A DNA stretch of 64,000 bases from Paragordius varius (lineage: Eukaryota; Animalia; Nematomorpha): positions 5,394,001 through 5,458,000 of the forward strand of contig OZ176057.1 in the NCBI GenBank assembly GCA_964247055.1, read 5' to 3'. Position 1 is the first letter of the stretch, and each line of letters starts with the position of its first letter. A model generated the notes under the pieces. The model saw nothing but the letters and a program-made list of their open reading frames with translations. It did no database searches and was not told the origin of the DNA. Shown piece by piece: positions 35,624-49,947 of this stretch. The position numbers and the translations under genes were made by a program.

Positions 35624-37740
35624 ATATAATTCTATCTGTGTATATTTAAATAATTGACAACCATATAACCAAAATTTTAGTTCGGTTTTACAATTTTAGA
35701 GTATAATGATGAATGCTTATTGTTGAAAAAGTCTTCCAGATAAAAATATTAATTACCTTGTTTCAAAAACGATAGGAACTAATATTAATTCATGCTTGTT
35801 AATCATAAAACCATTCAATATTATCGCATTTTGCCCAACTCCTTTATTAAAATAGATGGAATTAGTTTAAATTTAGTTTAGGTTTCATTAATTAATAATT
35901 GATAAATTTTCATAAATAACTGATTATTAAGTTACTTATTTCCATATAGTATAAAAACATTTTTAACTCTTAAAGTATATGTCATAATATTTGATTAATT
36001 TTAATGATTTATTCATTAAAATAAAAGTCAACGTTTGGAATTAATCTTTTTAACAAGTAGTTAATGATTACTGGAATATACAAGAATCGATATTATATTA
36101 AATAAAAGTTAAATTAAATCTTAATATTTATAACTTATTTTGAGGAAAATTTAAACCTAGATCGCTTGAAATCTTAATAGACCGAAATTGAAATAAACTA
36201 ATTTCCTTATATATATTAAACCAAATGTTTAATAATCTAGAATTAGTTCTAGAGGTAATAATTTTTTTAAATAATTAATAATTTGTTTGTTTTAGATATG
36301 CTAATAATCAGCCCATATTTGAAACATATTGCCAATTAAATTTAAAGTTTTAAAAATAAAATTGCAGATATAGAAATATAATAATAATTAGCTACAATTT
36401 TATTAGAATTAATTATGTTCTAAATTATTTTTGAGATGTTTAGAATATCAAACTTATTACGTAATAATTTATTAATTACAATAATTTAAAATATTTTTTA
36501 GATTAATAAAATTATTATTTAATACCTAATATATATAAAATTATTTAAGAATTATTTCAGACAATTTAATTAGAAATAATTTTGTGTAAATTCATTTTGA
36601 ATCTAAAACTTATTACGTAATAATTTAATAAACTACATATATATAGTTGATTTATTAACAATATAGAATTAAATTTATTAATAATATATGTTAAAATTAT
36701 TTGAGACAATCTAATTAAAATTAATTATATTCTAAATTATTTTTGATATATTTTTAATCTATAACTTATCATGTAATAAACATAATATAATCTAAAATAT
36801 TTCCTAAATATATATAATTAAATTTATTTAATCCCTAATAAATATATATATATATATTTTTAAATTATTTAAATTATTTTAAACTTAAATTTCTTTTTTC
36901 ACAAATTTATTAATTTATTTACTTGTTACTTTATTTTGTTTATTCCAATATTCCCTTAATCCTAAATACTAAGACATATGTATACTGAATGATACACATA
37001 AAAATATTTAACATTGTAATATTGCACATAAAAGGGGGGGATAAAATAAAATGTATGTGAAACAATGTTGCACAACACATAATAAACAAAAACAAGAGAA
37101 GGGAAATAAAGTGTACGTGCGCGATTTTTCTAGAAGGGGGGAGAAAAGGCATGCAAATGCGAACACATTGTTTAAGATGCACGTGTTCTTTCTTCCCCCC
37201 CCCCCTACACATATATAAAGACAAAAAATATTTTTAATTTTATTTTTTTAAATTCTTTTTTGCAAATTTACATTTGTTGGATAGAATGTATTCCAGTGCT
37301 TTTCCTCTTATGCAATTCAATGTATTGCCAACATGGATGGATTATTTTATCATTAAAGTAAAATTTAATTCTATTTAATTTTAGATTACACTCAATATGC
37401 AAATCAAACAGGAAATGGTGAAACCGATTATATTTTAAATGATTTCCGGTAAATAAATTTGTTATTAATTATAGATTAAGATTAATTCAAAGTTTAAAGA
37501 ACAATGTACAGTGAAAACATGTTGAGACTGATTGTGTAACCGAAATGGGAAATTGAACTATTGCCATTTAGCCTAATTAATTCTGGTAAGTTTCGCATGT
37601 TTTGTCTATTTCATTTAAAATACTTTGTTAGATGGCATTAAAATATGTTCAGAGTAGAAGAACACTATTATTGATTGCCTTAAAAAGTTAAGAGATGTTT
37701 TTATATTTTCTTGCTTTTGCCCAAAAAATTGGTTATATCT

Positions 37741-38250
37741 TGGAAATTTTTAACAATGTCTCTAGATTTTATTAATTTACTCTACTTGTAAGAATAAATG
37801 GCTAATAATTGTTACATATTTCTACGAATTTTTTTAAATTTATTTTTTCGATAAAGGAAGTTAACCTAAAAAGGTTAACACATGTTACCATTTTTATTGA
37901 GGAGTTTTCTCGATTAATTATAATTTTTTTAATTTACTCTACTTGTACAAATAGATGGCTTATAATTTAACATAATTTTATTTTTCTTTTGGAAACTTAA
38001 ATAATTTTTTCGATATAGGAAGTTAACCTAAAAAGGTGAACACATGTTACCATTTATATTGAGTATTTTTTCTGGAAATTTTTAACAATGTCTAGATTTT
38101 TTTAATTTACTCTACTTGTAAGAATTAATGGCAATAATTATTACATATTTTTAGCAATTTTTAATCTTGTAAACTTTTAAATTTTATTATTTTTTGTTAA
38201 GGGAAGTTTAACTAAAAAGTTTAACACATGTTACCATTTATATTGAGGCG
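37741..38250. repeat. 3x ~160-185-bp tandem repeat in first large intron (copy at 61976-62485)
   Basis: CACATGTTACCATTT recurs at 37879, 38041 and 38225; the first copy contains the perfect stem GTTAACCT-AAAA-AGGTTAAC. Confidence 0.85.
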
Positions 38251-38549
38251 TATATTATAGCAGCACTGCAAGTATCCACCTAAAGAAGAACCAAATAAAT
38301 GTCTATTTATTACATTATTTATATTGAATTGGTGAATAGTTTTTTATTCTTGGAAATTGTTTCTGTTTTGTTTAATTTTGTTTCAGCGTGTTGAATAATA
38401 ATTTTCTTTACCTAAGAAAATCAATTTATACTTGTTAAATATAAAATATTTTAGAAATGAATTTCTTTATTTAAAAAATCACCAGAATTAAAAAATTTTG
38501 AAAAAAAATAAATAAAAATTATTTGAAATGCTAAATCTTATGAAGTTGT

Positions 38550-41500
38550 TAAGAATGTTCAAAAGTGTTAAAAAATTTCTAAAAACAATTTTCGAAAACT
38601 CTTGTAAACCCAATTTTTTACTCTAAAATGGCTCTAAAATTCTTTTAAAAATAAAAGAATGTTAAAAAGTATTAAAACTTCCTAATCTAATATCCCTAAT
38701 ATTTCTTGAAACGAAGTCCTGAACTTAAAAAAGCGGTAAAATTCCTTAAATTTTTTTAGCGCTAAATTTTTAACTTCTAGAAAAGCAGTAAAATGACTAA
38801 AAACCGGTAGGATTATTTAAGAACTTTTTTCAAAGGCAAAAATTACCTAAAGATTTAAAAAATGGCAAATAATCTTTTAAAAAAACGCTAAAATTCTTCC
38901 TAAGGTCAAAAATGCCAAAATTCTTTAAAAAAGCGTAAATTTTATTTTTAAATTTACAAACTGCGAAAATTTCCTAAAAAACCGATATTTATCGTTAAAA
39001 ACCGCTAAAATTCTAAAAAGGCTAAAACTCTTTATTATTCGCAAAGGACAAAAATTACTTTTAATTCTAAAGCAGTAAAAATCTTTAGACTAATATCTCT
39101 AAAAATCATCTGAAGAGGCTAATTTTCCAAAACCTATTAGACTCCTTTAAAAAATTATGATTTTTTAAATCTAATAAACAAGCGATGAAATTTAAAAACA
39201 GCCTAAAACTCTAGAAAACGCCGAATCTTTAAATTTTAAAATTTTTTAAAAATGGCAATTTCATTTTTAAATTTTATAATTTTTTAAAAACCATTTAAAT
39301 TCTTTGAAAAGCGATATTTAATTGTTCATTTCTCTAAAAAAAGTAGAAAATTGCTTTAAATTCGCTAAAATGGCTGAAATTGTTTAACAACCGCTAAAAC
39401 ATTCTAAAAATCGTTAAAATTTTCTAAAACTCCTTAAAAACCGCTAAAACACTTTAAAACTCGCTAAAAACTCTTTAAGAAGCGCTAGAATTTTTAAAAA
39501 TTGCTAAAAAAAATTTTAATTAAAAAAACGCGCTGAAATTCGCTAAAAATTGCTAAATTTTTTAAATCCGCTCAAAATCTCTTAAACAACCGCTAAAATT
39601 GTTTAAACAAGCATAAATATTCTTTTTAAATCCAAAAAATCGCTTGAAATTTCCTAAAAACCGCTAAAATTTTCCAAAAACCGCTAAAACTATCTAAAAA
39701 GTCTATTTCTTTAAAATTATTCTTAAAACCGCTAAAATTTTTAGAAAAATTGATAAAACTCCTTTTAAATCAAAAAAATGTGCTTGTATTTTTTAAAACC
39801 GCTGAAATTCTCTAAAAATCGCTAAAATTTTTTAAAAAACGTAAAAATGTTCTTTTAAAATCGCTAAAATTATTAAATAATCGGTAAAATTCTTTAAAAA
39901 AGCCTAAATATCCTTTTTAAATCAAAAAATGCGCTGAAATTCTCTAAAAATTGCTAAAATTTCCTTAAAACCGCTAAATCTTTCTAAAAACCGATAAAAT
40001 GTTTAAACAAGCGTAAATATTCCTTGTAAATCAAAAATGCACTGAAAATGCTTAACAATCGCTAAAACTTTCTAAAAACGGCCTAAATTTTTTTAAAACT
40101 TACAGTTGTTTTTATTAATCATATGTTTTAATTAATTAATCAGTTGTTTTAACTAATCAGTTGTTTTAAGTAATCAGTGTTCTTAATTAATCAGTTGTTT
40201 TAATTAATCAGTTGTTTTAATTAATCAGTTGTTTTAATTAATCAGTTGTTTTAATTAATCAGCTGTTTTAATTAATCAGTTGTTTTAATTAATCAGTTGT
40301 TTTAATTAATCAGTTGTTTTAAGTAATCAGTGTTCTTAATTAATCAGTTGTTTTAATTAATCAGTTTTAATTAATCAGTTGTTTTAATTTATCAGTATTT
40401 ATTAACTTATTAATCATTTTATTAATCATTTGTTATTATTATGTGATTTTATTCATAAGTTGTTTCATCTAAAAACCGCCAAAGCTATCTAGAAAGTCTA
40501 TTTCTCAAAAAATATTCTAAAAACGGGAATTTAAAAACCGTTAAAATTATCTAAAAACCCTAAAACTTTAAAAACTGCTAAAATTTATAAAAAATCGCCA
40601 AAATTCCTTTTAAATGAAAAAACTGCTAAAACTATCCAAAAACCGTTAAAACTTTCTAAAAAAGTCGATTATTTTGTTGTCAAAATTATTAAAACTAATA
40701 AAAAACCGCTAAAATTATTTAACCTTTAATACTCTAAAAACCGCTAAAACTATTTAAAAACCGCTAAAACTTTTTAAAAACCGCTGAAACTTTTTAAAAA
40801 CCGCTAAAACATTCTAAAAACTCCTAAAACTTTCTATAAGCCGCTAAAACTTTTTAAAAATTGGTAAAACTTCCAAAAACCGGTAAAACAATTTTCAAAC
40901 CGCTAAAACAATTTTAAAACCGCTAAAACTTTATAAAAACCGCTAAAACTTTATAAAAACCGCTAAAACCTTCTAAAACTATCTAAAAAGTCTATTTCTT
41001 TAAAAATATTTTCAAAACCGCTAAAACTACCTAAAAACCGGTAAAACTACCTAAAAACCTCTAAAACTACCTAAAAACCTCTAAAACTACCTAAAAACCG
41101 CTAAAACTACCTCAAAACCGCTAAAACTTCCTAAAGACCGCTAACTAAAACTATCTAAAAACCGTTAAAAATATCTAAAAAGTCTATTTCTTTATAATTA
41201 TTTTCAAAACCGCTAAAATTATTTTTAAAATCGCTAAAACTTCCTAAAAACCGCTAAAACTATTTTAAAACCGCTAAAACTTCCTAAAAACCGCTAAAAC
41301 TTTCTCAAAACTAAAACTTTTTAAAAACCGCTAAAACTTTTTAAAAACCGCTAAAACTTTTTCAAAACCGCTAAAACTTTCTCAAAAATGTTAAAACTTT
41401 CTCATAAACGCTATAAACTTTCTCATAAACGCTATAAACTTTCTAAAAACCGCTAAAACTTTCTCATAACCGCTAAAACTTTTTAAAAACCGCTAAAACT

Positions 41501-44500
41501 TTCTCAAAACCACTAAACCCTTTTTAAAACCGCTAAACCCTTTTTAAAACCGCTAAAACTTTCTAAAAACCGCTCTTTCTAAAAACCGCTAAAACTTTCT
41601 AAAAACTCCTAAAACTTTCTATAAGCCGCTAAAACTTTTTCAAAACCGCTAAAACTTTCTCAAAAATGTTAAAACTTTCTCATAAACGCTATAAACTTTC
41701 TCATAAACGCTATAAACTTTCTAAAAACCGCTAAAACTTTCTCATAACCGCTAAAACTTTTTAAAAACCGCTAAAACTTTCTCAAAACCACTAAACCCTT
41801 TTTAAAACCGCTAAACCCTTTTTAAAACCGCTAAAACTTTCTAAAAACCGCTATAACTTTCTAAAAACCGCTATAACTTTCTAAAAACCGCTAAAACTTT
41901 CTCAAAACTGTTAAAACTTTCTCAAAAATGTTAAAACTTTCTTATAACCGCTAAAACCTTTTTAAAAACCGCTAAAACTTTCTCAAAACCGCTAAAACTT
42001 TTTAAAAACCGCTAAAACTTTTTAAAAACCGCTAAAACTTTCTCAAAACCGCTAAAACTTCCTAAAAACCGCTAAAACTTCCTAAAAACCGCTAAAACTT
42101 TCTCAAAACTGTTAAAACTTTCTCAAAAATGTTAAAACTTTTTCAAAACCGCTAAAACTTTTTCAAAACCGCTAAAACTTTCTCAAAAATGTTAAAACTT
42201 TCTCATAAACGCTATAAACTTTCTAAAAACCGCTAAAACTTTCTCATAACCGCTAAAACTTTATAAAACCGCTAAAACTTTATAAAACCGCTAAAACTTT
42301 ATAAAAACCGCTTAAACTTTATAAAAACCGCTTAAACTTTCTAAAAACTGTTAAAACTTTCTCAAAACTGTTACTTTCTCAAAACTGCTAAAACTTTCTC
42401 ATAACCGCTAAAACTTTATAAAACCGCTAAAACTTTATAAAAATTGCTAAAACTACCTAAAAACCGCTAAAACTTTCAAAAACCGATAAAACTTTTTAAA
42501 AACCGCTAAAACTTTTTAAAAACCGCTAAAACTTTTTAAAAACCGCTAAAACTTTCTCAAAACCGCTAAAACTTTCTTATAACCGCTAAAACCTTTTTAA
42601 AAACCGCTAAAACTTTCTCATAACCGCTAAAACCTTTTTAAAAACCGCTAAAACCTTTTTAAAAACCGCTAAAACTTTCTCATAACCGCTAAAACCTTTT
42701 TAAAAACCGCTAAAACTACCTAAAAACCGCTAAAACTACCTAAAAACCGCAAAAATTTCTCAAAACTGTTAAAACTTTCTCAAAACTGTTAAAACTTTCT
42801 CAAAACTGTTAAAACTTTCTCATAACCGCTAAAACCTTTTTTTTAAACCGCTAAGCTTTTTAAACCGCTAAAACTATTTTAAAACCACCAAAACTATTTT
42901 AAAAGCGCTAAAACTATCTATATTTCTTTAAAATTATTATCAAAACCGCTAAAACTTCCTAAAAACAGTAAAATTTTTAGAAAAATCGCTAAAATTCCTT
43001 TTAAATCAAAAAATTGCGCCTAATTATTAACCGCTAAAACTATTTAAAACCCTTAAAACTATCCAAAAATCTATTTCTTTAAAATTATTTTCAAAACCGC
43101 TAAAATTATTCTTAAAACCGTTAAAAATTTCTAAAAACCGCTAAAATTATCTAAAAATCTTTAAAACTTTTTAAAAAAGTTTATTACTTAAAATATTCTC
43201 AAAACCGCTAAAATTATATAAAACCGCTAACTAACGCTAAAATTTTCTAACGCTAAAATTAAAGTATGCGCTAAAAATTTCTGTGCTCTCTAATAAAATT
43301 CATTAAAAAAGCTTAAATATTCTTTTTAAAAATTGCTAAAAAACCGCTGATTACTTTAAAAACCGCTAAAATTGTTTAAACAAACGTAAATATTCTTTTT
43401 TAATCAAGAAATGCTCTGAAATTTTTAACAACCAAGTGCTAAAATAAAATCGGAAATAAATATTTTTATTAATCAGCTGTTTTAATTAATTATTTGTTTT
43501 TCATTTGTTAATTAATCATTTGTTTTTAATCATTAATCAGCTGTTTTATTTAATTATATGTTTGTATAAATCAGTTGGTTTAATTAATCAGCTGTTTTAA
43601 TTAATCATTTGTTACTACAAATCAGTTGTTTTAATTATTGATTTGTTTTAATTAATGATTTGTTTTAAATCATTTGTTTTTATAATTCAGTTGTTTTAAT
43701 ATTCATTTGTTTTTATAATTCAGTTGTTTTAATATTCATTTGTTTTGTAAATCAGTTAATCAGTTGTTTTTATAAATCGGTTGGTTTAATTAATCAGTAT
43801 TTTAATAAATTTGTTTTTATAAATTAGTTGGTTTAATTTATCAGCTGTTTTAATTAATCAGTTTTTTTAATTAATTATTTGTTTTTATAAATCAGCTGTT
43901 TTTTTATTAATCAGTTGTTTTTAAATCTGATTAAATTTATCAGTTATAAATCAGTTGTTTTAATTAATGATTTGTTTATAAATCGGTTGGTTTAATTAAT
44001 CAGTATATTAATAAAACATTTCTTTAATAGTCAGATTTTTTTAAATACTCAGCTGTTAATATTAATCAGCTGTTTTAATTATAATCATTTGTTTTTTGTT
44101 AATCAGTTGTTTCAATTAATCAGTTGTTTTAATTAATCAGTTGTTTATTAATCAATTGTTTATTAATCAGTTGTTTTAATTATTCAGTTGTTTTAATTAT
44201 TCAGTTGTTTTGATTATTCAGTTGTTTTGATTATTCAGTTGTTTTAATTAATCAGTTTTTTCAATTAATCAGTTTTTTCAATTAATCAGTTTTTTCTATA
44301 TAAATCATTTCTTAATAATCAGATTTTTTAATAATCAGCTGTTTAAATATATCAGTGTTTTAATTATAATCATTTGTTTTTGATTATCAGTTGTTTTTAT
44401 TATTCAGTTGTTTCAATCATTTGGTTTTATTATTCATTTGTTTTTATTAATCAGTTTTTATTATTATGTTTATTTCATTAATAATTTGTCTATCTAAAAA

Positions 44501-45245
44501 CCGCTAAAACTATCTAAAAACCGTTAAAATTATCTAAAAGCTCTATTTCTTTAAAAATATTTGAAAACCGCTAAAACTATTTTTAAAACCACTAAAACTT
44601 CCTAAAAACCGCTAAAACTTCTTAAAAACCGCTAAAACTTCTTAAAAACCGCTAAAACTTCTTAAAAACCGCTAAAACTTCTTAAAAACCGCTAAAACTT
44701 CTTAAAAACCGCTAAAACTTCTTAAAAACCGCTAAAACTTCTTAAAAACCGCTAAAACTTCTTAAAAACCGCTAAAACTTCTTAAAAACCGCTAAAACTT
44801 CTTAAAAACCGCTAAAACTTCTTAAAAACCGCTAAAACTTCTTAAAAACCGCTAAAACTTCTTAAAAACCGCTAAAACTTCTTAAAAACCGCTAAAACTT
44901 CTTAAAAACCGCTAAAACTTTTTCAAAACCGCTAAAACTTTTTCAAAACCGTTAAAACTATTTTAAAAACGAAACTTTCTAAACACTGAAATTTTCTAAA
45001 ACTGCTAAAACTTTCTAAAAATTGCTAAAATTATTTAAAAACCGCTAAAACTTCCTAAAAACTGCTAAAACTTCCTAAAAATTCTTTTTAAATTAAAAAA
45101 TGCGTTGAAATTCTTTAAAAATTGCTAAAATTTTATTAAAACCGCTAAATATATCTAAAATCTGTTAAAAATGTCTAAAAACCGCTAAAACTCTTTAAAA
45201 AGCGTAAATTTAAATCAAAAACCGCTAAAATTGTCTAAAAAATGT
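38550..45245. repeat. Satellite C, 20-bp unit (CTAAAAACCGCTAAAACTTT), interrupted by satellite B blocks at about 40100-40460 and 43465-44465
   Basis: Read directly; 15 perfect copies of CTTAAAAACCGCTAAAACTT at 44621-44920; degenerate toward both edges. Confidence 0.95.
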
Positions 45246-46450
45246 AATTTTTTTTTCTGCAAACATATGCCACCCTTTTTATATAAATTATATTATTTTA
45301 ACCAATTAGCCATTTCAAATAATTTTATTTCAATCAATATATTGTAACATACTAATTTTTTTGTTTAGAATGTGTTGTCTTACAGAAGTACGAAGGATTT
45401 CTTTGGCCTACTGCCCAACAAAATTGATGCAAAAAATATCTAGAATGTTTCGGAATTGGGTAATTATTATTTTATATTTTGAATTATTATTCAAGTGTTT
45501 TCGTTAATAATTGTTTTCTTTTATAAATTCTGTATAAATCATTTTTATCATAATCAACTTTTTTTATGTAATTAGCATTTATCATCTGTTTATTAGTTGT
45601 TTTAATTAATCAATTGTTTTTAGTTTTAAAATTGGCTAGCTTGAGATATTCTAAAGATATTTTTTTTAAAAAGAATATGTAGAGTATATAGAATATAAGT
45701 TTATAATTATCTATCGTTTGTAAAAATTTTTTATTTATTATTGTTACGTAATATTTAATCATCAATTATTACATTTTTCTTTAATTTACTGTAGAATGTG
45801 TTGTTTATGTAATCAGCAGCCCGAAACGTAAACGAGGTCTATTGAAAAAGCGTAATTGAAAATTATGGATGAACTTGGTAATTAATTATATTTAAATTAA
45901 ATTTTAGAACAGATTTATTACTAGTTTTTCAACTTTACATTTTTTTCTTAAATTAAATAATTTTTTTATTAAAATTGATGAGTCGATTTTTAATGCTCTT
46001 TAATTAAAGAAAATAATTGATTTAATTAATCATTTTTTTAATAAATTAACTATTTATAATAAACTTTTGATTTAAAACAAATTATTTTTATTAAGATATA
46101 TATAATATTGTTCCTTTAACGCAAAATAACAAAATATCACTTTTTTAACATACTTCATGATTTTGTTAAATAACCATTTTTCTTGATCAGCTGTTTTTTG
46201 AATTTGATAGTTATAATTATTAAATAGTTTCAATATATTTATTTTTTTAAATCATTATTAGTATTTGACTTTATATTTTATTTTATTTTTAGGAAACAAT
46301 ATAGTATCCACTTTATTGCTGCCATACCAATTAAACTATTTACGTATATATTTTTAGTTACTTTTTACGTTATTAATAACCAATTGTCTAAATATTTTTT
46401 ATTTTTTCCTTATTAAATCAGTTGTTTTAATTAATCAGGTTTAAAGCACT

Positions 46451-47850
46451 TTAAGGGCTTCGAGTTTGTGGGCTAGGGATAGGGAGATGGATTTGAGTTG
46501 ATTCATTTTTTTAAAGAAGTCCGCAAGACTTGCTCGGGCTACGAAGCAGACCCGAGACCCACGCATTTCTCTTCTATAAATTTATATAACCTTTTTTCTG
46601 ACTTTTCTCTTCTCACAAGAAAATGCTCTCTTGATTAAGATTTTTGAATAAAATTTTTAGAAAACTCTTTTTAAACTACATTTATGGTTTCTAGTTTTAA
46701 TTTAGGGTCAGGTTCTTAAAGAAGTCCGCAAATTAATTTATATATTGGTTGTTTGAGGTATTTACGCAAAAACCTCTGACATAGACAGCTGATTTCTTTG
46801 AAACTTTTCATTTTTTAGGAAAAATTTCATATAATTCTTTTGATATATATATTAGGATTAAAGTATCACGTGTTTTTGGTGTAATATGAGTTACCGCTAA
46901 TACTCGTGAATAAATCTTTATCTCATTTCTTATAACCCTTTAAAGCTGTTATTATAGTTTTTGGGTTTTTAGAGTTTGTGGGCTAGGGTTAGGGTGAGGG
47001 ATTGGAGTTGGTTCATTTTCTTAAAGAAGTCCGCAGGACTTCCTCGGTCTGCGAAGCAGGCCGAGACCCACGCGTTTCTTTTTAAATTAAATCTTTGTCT
47101 CTGAATTTTGTAGCTTTTGATTCATTTCAAGGAAGGATATTCTTTTTTTCCTATTGTTTAATTTTACACCATTTTATCTAAAAACTTAAACATTATCTGA
47201 ATTTTATTTGACCGCAAACTTTTTAATGCACTGATCAACGCTATTTTTATTGCGGTGTTTCGTTGATAGAATATTAAAGGATTTCGAGTTTATGGGCTGG
47301 GCTTATGTAAATCAAAGCAATTCTTTATTTTTTAATGGTTTTAAAATTGCAATATAAAGCTAAATTTGGGTTTTAATTATGGAAGTAAACTGCTAATTTG
47401 TAAAGTAACCACAAAAATTTATATTTAAAGTAGAATAGTTTGAAAGCGATTTTTTTATTAGGACGGTTAATTAAATTCAGAAACAAACAACCAGAAAACA
47501 AAATGACTCAACTTTTTTCGCTAGAAAATTTTCAGTGTTATATTTGCAGTGTTTGATCATATGATTTTGGCTGATCGAAATTAAAGGCTTTCAAGTTTGG
47601 GTTGGCCTTAGCTAAAGTAAAGGAATTTTTAATAAGTTGCGTATCCTTATTCCATTCCTTAGGTTTTAATTACGGAAATAGATTTGTTAATAACTGCTAA
47701 TTTGTGTAACCGCAAAATTTAAATTTGAAAGCGATTATTTTCTGTATTAGGACGTTTAAAACTCTAATTTGGCCTTTTCGTACGGGGTTTGATTAATCGA
47801 CGTTGAATATTTTAAGGCGTGTTTGTGGGCTAGGGTTATGTGGAGGTTCA
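46451..47850 (-). mobile_element. Right cluster (U2): full copies 46451-46569 and 46962-47078; partial copies ~46685-46730, 47275-47308, 47581-47615, 47811-47850
   Basis: Reverse complement of the element consensus; every copy has the same orientation. Confidence 0.8.
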
Positions 47851-48928
47851 TTTAGAGTTTTGTTGTTTTTATTAATAATTGCCGAATTTATGCTAATATT
47901 ATCTAACTTCGAATCTAATAATATTTTATCATTTTTTATACATCAGAATTGACTCAACTAGACAAGAAATAAAGCTAACTCACACAAGAATATGAAACTA
48001 ATGACTTAACTACACAAGAAACAAAACATACACAAGAATGAATATGAAACAATCACAATGAATGAACGAATAATTTATATAATAAGATTCAATAAATGAT
48101 AGTAACCTTTGATATATTGTTTTTTTTAAAAAAAATTAAAAAATATAAATAAATATATATAATACCCCCCCCCCCCCCAAAGGGCGAGAAAAAAAAATTA
48201 AAAAATATTCTAAGTCCAAAATTTTATTTTGAGCGTCCGGGAGTAAGAGTGCTCAAAACAAAATTTTGGACTTGGGGGCCTGCAACAAACTCTCATTATA
48301 CTTGTGGAGAGTTTTTGCGCCAACTCTCTAATGGGGGAAATGAGCCCTCCTTCACGCGAGTGGGAAAAAACTCCAACGAGCTCATTTTCCCCACCTTTGT
48401 AAAGGAGGATTTATTCCTCCCATTAGAGAGTCATTTGGCCCAAAAACTCTCCACAAGTATAATGAGAGTTTGTTGTGCAATCATACCCAATGAGATCTTT
48501 GAGTGCGTCTTGCCATCCATCAGCTCCAGCCACGATTTGCCTTCTCCCCATCGCCTTGTGTCAGGTATCGTGGACATTCCCAAGAGCTTGATCCCAACAG
48601 ATCTCTCCTCCCCAATGTGCCAAAGCCCATCAACACCTAAAAATTAAGATTACCTCGCAATGAGTAGGTTCCTCTTCCTGTGTCGCTCCATCAATCGTCC
48701 AGTCCCAAATCCCCAGCATTTGATCTGTCCAGGGCTTCTAGATTCCCCAATGTCCGCTTTTCTCGCGGAGTTTATCCCATTACACCTAAATTATACATTT
48801 ACCTCGTAATCAGCAGGCTCTTTTCGGTTCGATCCTTCATTCACTCACGAATCCTTGGTTGCTGGTCTTGAATCATGTCCCCATCCCTGGTTGCCATTGG
48901 AGAAGAAGGCCTAAAGCCTTCAAATTAG

Positions 48929-49659
48929 CTCTTCCAACCAGCCTTCCCATATAATTTTTTTTCTGATTGCAATCATAGGCGCTTATATTTCCCAATACAT
49001 CCATATATGTACTCTTGTTTACCAAATTGCAAATTACATAAACTAACAATTTTATGGACACGTAAGCTTGTCCCTAGATTTTCTTTTTAAGGAATTTTGA
49101 TTTTCTTTTTTAGCTCAATTCTATGTTATATGCTCTCTTTATCTATTAAATCAGCGGAATTGGTTGGAATATGCTAATATATTTTATATGGGGTGCTATA
49201 TAATTAATGTATTGTTTGCATAAATATGATATATTAAATTTTGCACATGGAACGCACAATTTCATTTAAATTATCTGATTATCACTAGGATTATTCCACG
49301 GAAATTTTAACCCTCTTAATAATAAAAAATTTATGGAAATTCTTTATAAAATACATAAGAATCATGTCATTTTATATATGACTTCAAAATTTTAAAATAT
49401 TCCTAAGATGTGGGATATATAATTTGCCAGAAACACCAATTACGCTAACTCACAAGATTTTAACTTGCACAGTATATTAATAAATTTAATTTAGGTTGAC
49501 GTGTGCATAGATGCTGGAAAACGATACGATCTATCAAGGGAGATATTAACAGTACTACTCTTGTATTAACCAAAGTGTTTATACCAAATGATTTGTTATG
49601 GATCATCTGATGGTGTAATCCTACCTGTTAGAATCACTTGGATGCTTCTTGAATGTTGA
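48929..49659 (+). CDS. Candidate spliced ORF fragment (about 170 aa), weakly similar to the Arf-GEF BIG/Sec7 DCB domain; 5' end not found
   Basis: Canonical sites (AG|48929, 49061|GTAAGC, TTTTTTAG|49114, 23- and 24-nt micro-introns) give one open frame only in U3: ...NLPETPITLTHKILTCTVDVCIDAGKRYDLSREILTCLYQMICYGSSDG...EC*. LTCLYQMICYG resembles LDCLQKLIAYG. Confidence 0.35.
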
Positions 49660-49947
49660 TCATCTTTAATTTGAAATTTTCTAATTAACTGTTGTTTATA
49701 AAATAAATTTTTAAATGTATTTGTAATATATTTTACGTTAAATACAATTTCGCTTATATGTAAAAAATATTCGAAAAATTGTATGATCGCAACTTATGAT
49801 AAAGTAAAGGGGTGCGATTTTTTGCAAGAATTTATCGTTAAAATGGATATGACAAACATTTTTTTAGATATCCCACCGGTAAATTTATAGATATATAATT
49901 GTTTTATTTAAAAATCGAATTGTATTATATTATATATATATATATAT

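Larger units (their letters stand above)
37270..46343 (+). ncRNA. Putative spliced long non-coding gene hosting satellites, unit 2
   Basis: Exons ~37270-37357, 37385-37448, 37475-37585, 45369-45459, 45795-45877 and 46293-46343, with 27- and 26-nt introns. All three frames of exon 3 contain stops. A 41-aa ORF starts at ATG 37286. Confidence 0.5.
24172..48164. repeat. ~24-kb tandem unit 2 (complete)
   Basis: Junction-to-junction distance is 23993 bp. The ORF track shows paralogous ORFs recurring at offsets of about 24.1-24.2 kb. Confidence 0.95.

Noticed and set aside
36940-37224. Short ORFs at 36940, 61175, 8906-9180, 6003, 10247, 21349, 25951, 27740 and 52036
   Set aside because: Low-complexity F/I/L/K/Y-rich translations of AT-rich promoter, intron or intergenic DNA, with no splice or homology support.
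58-48164. rDNA repeat with satellite-rich intergenic spacer
   Set aside because: No conserved SSU, LSU or 5.8S motifs were seen, and the GC-rich segments are far too short.
58-48164. Endogenous virus or giant transposon (Polinton, Helitron, herpes-like concatemer)
   Set aside because: No polymerase, capsid, ATPase, Rep-helicase or transposase was found. The cargo is intron-containing host genes.
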